Assembly (NCBI GenBank): GCA_965249485.1
Contig: OZ252239.1
Coordinates: 1,536,001-1,600,000, forward strand
Source: a bacterium
Lineage (GTDB): Bacteria; SM23-31
Direction of reading: 5' to 3'
Length of the DNA stretch: 64,000 nucleotides
Part shown: piece after piece, positions 58,563 to 64,000 of the stretch
Layout of the letters: each line of letters opens with the position of its first letter
Position numbering within the stretch: the stretch's first letter is position 1
The notes under the pieces: model-generated
What the model saw: only the letters and a program-made list of their open reading frames with translations
What the model was told of the DNA's origin: nothing
Database searches by the model: none
Translations under genes and position numbers: made by a program

Positions 58563-60848
58563 ATGAAAAAAAATCTTATTTCCCTTTCGCTCAATTATCC
58601 AAAGACAGTTCTCGCAATAATTGGTATAGTCACACTGATATTTCTGATCCAGTTTCCAAGCATAACAATAGACACTGATCCGGAAAATATGCTGAACCAT
58701 GATGAACAAGTTCGGCTGGATCATGAAGCAATGAAGGAGACATTTGATTTGCATGATATGATTGTTCTCGGAATCTATAATGAAACGGGTATTTTCAATG
58801 TGCAGACTGTTGAGCGGATACTTGCTATTACCGAAGAAATAAAAACTATCGAAGGTGTTCTCGACGATGATATAATGGCAATCGGTGAAGTCGATGATAT
58901 CGCTTCCGAAGAGAATATAATCCGTGTTTATCCTCTTGCTGAACTGGTTGAAGATGGGAATGAAGAGTCTGCTCGTAGAGTAAAGGAACGAATCGATGCA
59001 AATCCCATTTTCAGGAACAAGCTTGCTTCATTGGATGGGTTACTGGTGGGGATTTACGTGCCAATCGTAGAGAAAAGCATGAGCTACTCGATCTCGAAAC
59101 AGATCGAAGCAATTGCAGAAAGTCACCTTGAAAATGAACAATACTATCTTGCTGGTTTGCCGATAGCGGAAGACACATTTGGAATCGAGATGTTCAAGCA
59201 GATGGGGATTGCTGCACCACTATCGGGTCTGGTTATTGCGCTCCTGATGCTGCTTTTTTTCAAGAGAATTAAGCTCATCATTGCACCAATGATCCTCGCT
59301 ATGGTTTCAATCATCTGGACGATGGGTCTGTTAATTGGATTGGGATTCACTGTCCATATCATGAGTTCAATGATTCCGATTTTTCTGTTTCCTATTGCAG
59401 TTTTGGACAGCATTCACATATTGAGTGATATTTTTGAAAAACATTCTGGTTCGCAATCAATACGCGAGACTATTATTCTGACAATAAACGATCTTTTTTC
59501 ACCCATGCTTTTTACTTCACTGACATCGAGTGCCGGATTTTTTTCGCTGATACTTACTCCAATTCCGCCTGTTCAGGTGTTCGGCTTCTTTGTTGGATTT
59601 GGTATTCTTACTGCCTGGCTGTTATCGATGACGTTGTTGCCGGCGTATACAGTACTTCTGCCAGAAAAGACCTTTCACAATTTCGGAACAGCCGGAAAAC
59701 GTGGAAAATCGGTGATTGACAAGATGTTGAAAAAAATTCAGAATATGTCACTGAAGTATGTCAAACTTATTATAACAGGTATCATAGTGCTGTTTGTGAT
59801 TTCATTTATTGGTATCAGTAAAATTGTCGTTAATGATAATCCTGTGAATTGGTTTAAGGCGGATCACCCTCTCCGTCAGGCAGATGTTCTGATGAACGAA
59901 CACCTTGGGGGTACTTACATGTCGAATCTGGTCTTCACTGGTGACAATGAGGCATTCAAAAATCCGGAGGTAGTGAATTATATGGCTGATGTTCAGCAAC
60001 TCATTGCAAATCAGCCTCAAGTAGGTGCCGTATCATCGATTGTTGATATTCTCAAGAAAATCGCTTTTGAGCTCAAAGGTGACGATTCACTCCCACATAC
60101 TGCAGATGAGATCGGACAATACTTCTTTCTCTATGAGATTGCCGGTGGTGATCCGGAAGATTTGTTCACTTTTGTGACCTCAGAGTATGATCAGGCTCAT
60201 ATCTGGATTCAGATGACGCAGGGGGAAAACTTGATCATGAGAAATGTGGTAAATCGGGTAGAAGAGTATATTCATGATAATCCGCTTCCCGATTCAATTT
60301 CGATGCACTGGGCCGGATTAAACTATGTGAATGTTGTATGGCAGGATAAAATGGTAAATGGTATGGTTTATTCGCTTCTAGGGGGAATCGGCGCTGTTCT
60401 GATAATGATGATTATATTATTCAGATCGCTGCTGTGGGCGGTACTTTCCATGATTCCGTTGGCCACAACAATAGCAAGCATTTATACAACAGTGGGCTTC
60501 ACTGGTAAATCATATGATATGCCGATTGCAGTATTGTCGACGCTGACGCTTGGACTCTCAATTGACTTTGCAATCCATTTCATACGGCGTGCTCAGATGA
60601 TACACAAAGAGACCGGGTCTTTCAAGGAAACGATGAATCTCGTTTTTGAAGAGCCGGCAAAAGCAATCATGATCAATATGATCATTATAGCATTTGGATT
60701 CATACCATTGTTAGGTTCAAATCTTGTGCCCTACGTTACAGTTGGTACGTTTCTGTTTCTCATTATGATTATGAGCGGGATTGCAACACTGGTGATGCTG
60801 CCTGCTTTGTCGAAAATCGCAAAAAAGAAGCTGTTTAAAGATGTATGA
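58563..60848 (+). CDS. MMPL/RND-family transporter
   Basis: Two-repeat TM architecture; IAVLDSIH, GLSIDFAIH. Confidence 0.9.
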   Translation: MKKNLISLSLNYPKTVLAIIGIVTLIFLIQFPSITIDTDPENMLNHDEQVRLDHEAMKETFDLHDMIVLGIYNETGIFNVQTVERILAITEEIKTIEGVLDDDIMAIGEVDDIASEENIIRVYPLAELVEDGNEESARRVKERIDANPIFRNKLASLDGLLVGIYVPIVEKSMSYSISKQIEAIAESHLENEQYYLAGLPIAEDTFGIEMFKQMGIAAPLSGLVIALLMLLFFKRIKLIIAPMILAMVSIIWTMGLLIGLGFTVHIMSSMIPIFLFPIAVLDSIHILSDIFEKHSGSQSIRETIILTINDLFSPMLFTSLTSSAGFFSLILTPIPPVQVFGFFVGFGILTAWLLSMTLLPAYTVLLPEKTFHNFGTAGKRGKSVIDKMLKKIQNMSLKYVKLIITGIIVLFVISFIGISKIVVNDNPVNWFKADHPLRQADVLMNEHLGGTYMSNLVFTGDNEAFKNPEVVNYMADVQQLIANQPQVGAVSSIVDILKKIAFELKGDDSLPHTADEIGQYFFLYEIAGGDPEDLFTFVTSEYDQAHIWIQMTQGENLIMRNVVNRVEEYIHDNPLPDSISMHWAGLNYVNVVWQDKMVNGMVYSLLGGIGAVLIMMIILFRSLLWAVLSMIPLATTIASIYTTVGFTGKSYDMPIAVLSTLTLGLSIDFAIHFIRRAQMIHKETGSFKETMNLVFEEPAKAIMINMIIIAFGFIPLLGSNLVPYVTVGTFLFLIMIMSGIATLVMLPALSKIAKKKLFKDV

Positions 60849-61693
60849 AGAGGAATAGAAAGGATAATGTTATGAAAACGATAAAGTATATACCGATACT
60901 CTTTACAGCGCTGTCAATAGCATTAGTAGCTGCTGGAGTAAATCCAACAAACGTACAGTCGCAGACCGCTGAAGAGGTTATGCAAAAGTCACATTTGGCG
61001 TATTATTATACCGCCGATGACGGCGTGTCTGATGTCGAAATGAAACTCATCGACAAAAAAGGTAAAGAGCGAATAAGAAAATTCGTTATGCTGCGGAAAG
61101 ATTTGGAAGAGGGGGGACAGCAAAAATATTTTACCTATTTTATCGAGCCAAATGATGTAAAACGAATGACGTTCATGGTGTGGAAACATGCGGAAAAGGA
61201 TGACGACCGGTGGATCTATATTCCTGCGCTCGATCTGGTTAAACGAATTGCTGCAAAAGATAAAAACTCGAGCTTTGTTGGTTCTGATTTTTCGTACGAA
61301 GATGTGTCAGGGCGGCACTGGACTGAAGATACACACACAATCCTGCGCGAAGACATTCTCGATGAATCAGATGTCTATGTTATCAAGAGTGTTCCGAAAG
61401 ACGAAAAAGGTGGGGATTTCAGCTATAAAGAATCGTATATCGATAAACGAACGTTTCTGCCGCTTAGAGAAGAGTACTACGATTCAAAAAATGTCATCGT
61501 AAAGCGTTTCACTGCGGAGGCAATCAGTGAAGTAGATGGATACCCCATTGTTTCAACGAGATTAATGGAAAACCTCAAGAAAAACCACCGGACGATCGTT
61601 TTATTCTCCAATATCCGTCTGAATTCCGGTATAGAAGAAGATGTGTTTACCGAGCGGTACGTGAGGAGACCTCCTTCAAAGTATATTAAGTAG
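60845..61693 (+). CDS. LolA-like outer-membrane lipoprotein-sorting protein
   Basis: DDRWIYIPAL..VKRI...FVGSDFSYED. Confidence 0.85.
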   Translation: MKRNRKDNVMKTIKYIPILFTALSIALVAAGVNPTNVQSQTAEEVMQKSHLAYYYTADDGVSDVEMKLIDKKGKERIRKFVMLRKDLEEGGQQKYFTYFIEPNDVKRMTFMVWKHAEKDDDRWIYIPALDLVKRIAAKDKNSSFVGSDFSYEDVSGRHWTEDTHTILREDILDESDVYVIKSVPKDEKGGDFSYKESYIDKRTFLPLREEYYDSKNVIVKRFTAEAISEVDGYPIVSTRLMENLKKNHRTIVLFSNIRLNSGIEEDVFTERYVRRPPSKYIK

Positions 61694-61733
61694 CATGGTA
61701 AGAGTTGTAAGAGCTTTAGATTAATTCGGACAA

Positions 61734-63026
61734 TTGATGACTATGATACCAAATATTACAGCAGAGATGAAGATGAAAAGAATGATACTATCGACACTTG
61801 TTTGCGTAGGGCTGCTGCTGTCGAGCAATGTTTTTGCCCAGGATCTGACGGTCAATGGATTTGCAGAAGGAGCGTTTGGAAACAGGGTATCCGACAACAC
61901 ACTATTTCCTGACAAGGATTATACGCTGAATGAAACACGTCTCCAGTTGCAGCTGGAGCACACATCTGATAATGGCAGTTTTTTCGGTGCAGTCGATTTC
62001 CTGGCTGATAATGTATCAGATGATAAAGCTCAGACAACGATCCGTGAAGCTTATGCACAGTTTTCACTTGGCAGAGCTATCGATGTGAAAGTCGGGCGGC
62101 AGATACTGACATGGGGAACAGGGGATCTTCTTTTTATCAACGACGTATTTCCAAAGGATTTTATATCTTTTTTTGTTGGCAGGGAAGATCAATATCTCAA
62201 ACATCCGAGTGATGCAATCAAGTTGGGGTTGTTTTTACCCGGTGTGAATGTCGATTTCATAGCATCTTCAGCGTTTCAGCCCGATCTGCTACCAGGCGGA
62301 GAACGGTTAAGTTCGTTTAATCCTTTGTCCGGGTCAATAACAGGTTCTGGATCACAATCCTCTGTCCGTAATCCCGGAAAACAGTTCAATAACACGGAAA
62401 TTGCCATTAGATTGTACAAGTATATGGGTAGTTTTCAGGTCGCTGGATATACGTACAGAGGATTTTTCAGTGCACCAATGGGAATAGATCCGGCACAGAA
62501 CTCGCTCTACTATCCCGATCTTTCAATATACGGTGCAAGTATTCGAGGACCGCTGCTCTCGGGTGTTGTTTCTGCTGAGTACGGATTCTACGATTCACGG
62601 GATGACCGTATAGGTATCGACCCATTTATTCCGAACAGCCAGCATAAATTTCTGCTCGGACTTGAACGGCAGTTCTGGACTGATTTTACTGCAGGTGTAC
62701 AGTATTATAATGAAACATACACTGATTATAGCGCTTATACAAGCACACTTCCTGTAGGTTCACCGATGCTGGATGAAATGCGGCATCTTGTGACGTCACG
62801 ATTGACGCAGCTGGTCTTTTATCAGAATGTGACTCTGTCACTATTCACTTTTTACAGTCCGTCTGATGAAGATTGGCACATTAGGCCAGCCGTTTCATTT
62901 AAATACTCCGACGCAATCAGTTTTGCGGCCGGTGCAAATTTTTTCAGCGGCACAAAAAATTACACACTCTTCGGTCAATTTGAAGACAATAACAATGCAT
63001 ATGCACGAGTCAGATATTATTTCTAA
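61734..63026 (+). CDS. Outer-membrane beta-barrel (DUF1302-like)
   Basis: REAY, GRQILTWG; C-terminal RYYF. Confidence 0.75.
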   Translation: MMTMIPNITAEMKMKRMILSTLVCVGLLLSSNVFAQDLTVNGFAEGAFGNRVSDNTLFPDKDYTLNETRLQLQLEHTSDNGSFFGAVDFLADNVSDDKAQTTIREAYAQFSLGRAIDVKVGRQILTWGTGDLLFINDVFPKDFISFFVGREDQYLKHPSDAIKLGLFLPGVNVDFIASSAFQPDLLPGGERLSSFNPLSGSITGSGSQSSVRNPGKQFNNTEIAIRLYKYMGSFQVAGYTYRGFFSAPMGIDPAQNSLYYPDLSIYGASIRGPLLSGVVSAEYGFYDSRDDRIGIDPFIPNSQHKFLLGLERQFWTDFTAGVQYYNETYTDYSAYTSTLPVGSPMLDEMRHLVTSRLTQLVFYQNVTLSLFTFYSPSDEDWHIRPAVSFKYSDAISFAAGANFFSGTKNYTLFGQFEDNNNAYARVRYYF

Positions 63027-63241
63027 AAATGACATTATAATTGAGATTTCCTGAGCATTAAAAGCAATACTGTAAAAATATCTTATGATGACAATATATG
63101 ATGCGATCATACTCGCTTGCTTTTCATGAACAATTTGTTAATTTCCTTCTACAACACATCCATATATTTTTTTGCCTCATAATCTGGTTGCTTCATTTCT
63201 TTATAATCTAATTATAATAACATACAATTCGAGGTGCCATT

Positions 63242-64000
63242 ATGTTTAAACGAGCGATTGTGGTGTCAATTGCATTTGCAGTAGGCATAGTTATCTTTTA
63301 TCCCACTATTTCTGCAGCACAGGAAACTCCGTTTATCTCCGAAACTTTAGCAATTGATCTCAATAATGAGCTATCCGGAGACAGAAGTTATGAACATATC
63401 AGGTGGATGACTCACTACCACCGGCCAAGCGGTTCAAAAGGATTTTGGACTGTTGCGCAAATGGTGCATGACTGGGCACGGGAATCCGGTCTGGAGAATG
63501 TACAATTAATTAAGCAAGATTTTGACGGTACAAACTGGGATGCTCTTTCAGGTGAACTCTGGATCATTGAACCGACAGAAGTAAAACTGGGAAGTTATGC
63601 CGAAGTTGCAGTTTCAATCCCGAATAACACGCATTCTGCTCACGAAACAGTAGAACTCGTGGATATCGGTCCGGGTACATCGGATGAGGATTTTGCAGGC
63701 ATTAACGTTACAGGAAAAGCCGTGCTCACTTCCTCTGCTCCTTCTGCTGTTATGCAAACCGCAGTTTGGCAAAGAGGGGCTTCGGGTATCGTTTCCTATT
63801 CTAACAGCAGGCCGAACGCAATGCATGATTTCCCGGACCAGGTAGCGTATAGCAGAGTGCTTGTTGAAAATTCAGCAGGAGAACCATCGGGATGGGCATT
63901 TATGATCTCACCCCGTACCGGTACCATGCTCAAGAATCTCATTAAACAATCCAGAAATGATGGCGAATCAGTCTTAGTTAAGGTGGATATTGTAACGGAA
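63242..64000 (+). CDS. Exported M28/DUF4910-like peptidase with PA domain (3' partial)
   Basis: GAGGT SD; manual translation MFKRAIVV...ELSGDRSYEHIRWMTHYHR..GSKGF. Confidence 0.65.
   Translation, partial: MFKRAIVVSIAFAVGIVIFYPTISAAQETPFISETLAIDLNNELSGDRSYEHIRWMTHYHRPSGSKGFWTVAQMVHDWARESGLENVQLIKQDFDGTNWDALSGELWIIEPTEVKLGSYAEVAVSIPNNTHSAHETVELVDIGPGTSDEDFAGINVTGKAVLTSSAPSAVMQTAVWQRGASGIVSYSNSRPNAMHDFPDQVAYSRVLVENSAGEPSGWAFMISPRTGTMLKNLIKQSRNDGESVLVKVDIVTE

Noticed and set aside
1..64000. tRNA, rRNA or tmRNA genes
   Set aside because: No cloverleaf or rRNA-like segment recognised by eye; a tRNAscan/Infernal run would be needed to exclude them fully

Overview
Bases 1 to about 47,800 are the right-hand ~48 kb of a siphovirus-like prophage; its left end lies outside the window. 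Bases ~47,840-64,000 are host chromosome. The host is probably a diderm FCB-group-like bacterium, judged only from a T9SS-type C-terminal domain in the cargo and the outer-membrane genes. Prophage order: early recombination/replication genes, an antisense moron (secreted metallopeptidase plus TolB-like lipoproteins), packaging/head genes with an embedded FliA-like sigma factor and holin-like genes, tail genes with an embedded GT2-TPR glycosyltransferase, and a DUF5675 lysin. Then come a 10-kb accessory region, a cI/cro switch, xis and int. The most unusual part is the accessory region (34.4-44.3 kb). It looks like three stacked, diverged copies of one module: secreted thermonuclease, 99-aa gene, conserved promoter block, variable cargo. 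One junction keeps a 33-bp copy of a homologous lysin 3' end. The region also holds a candidate ~250-nt five-hairpin ncRNA. Other points of interest: possible virion glycosylation, an att site that separates the lytic promoter from the replication genes, an integrase with an apparent catalytic Arg-to-Leu change, and a terminase with a signal-peptide-like N-terminus. All family assignments come from reading motifs by eye, not from database searches.
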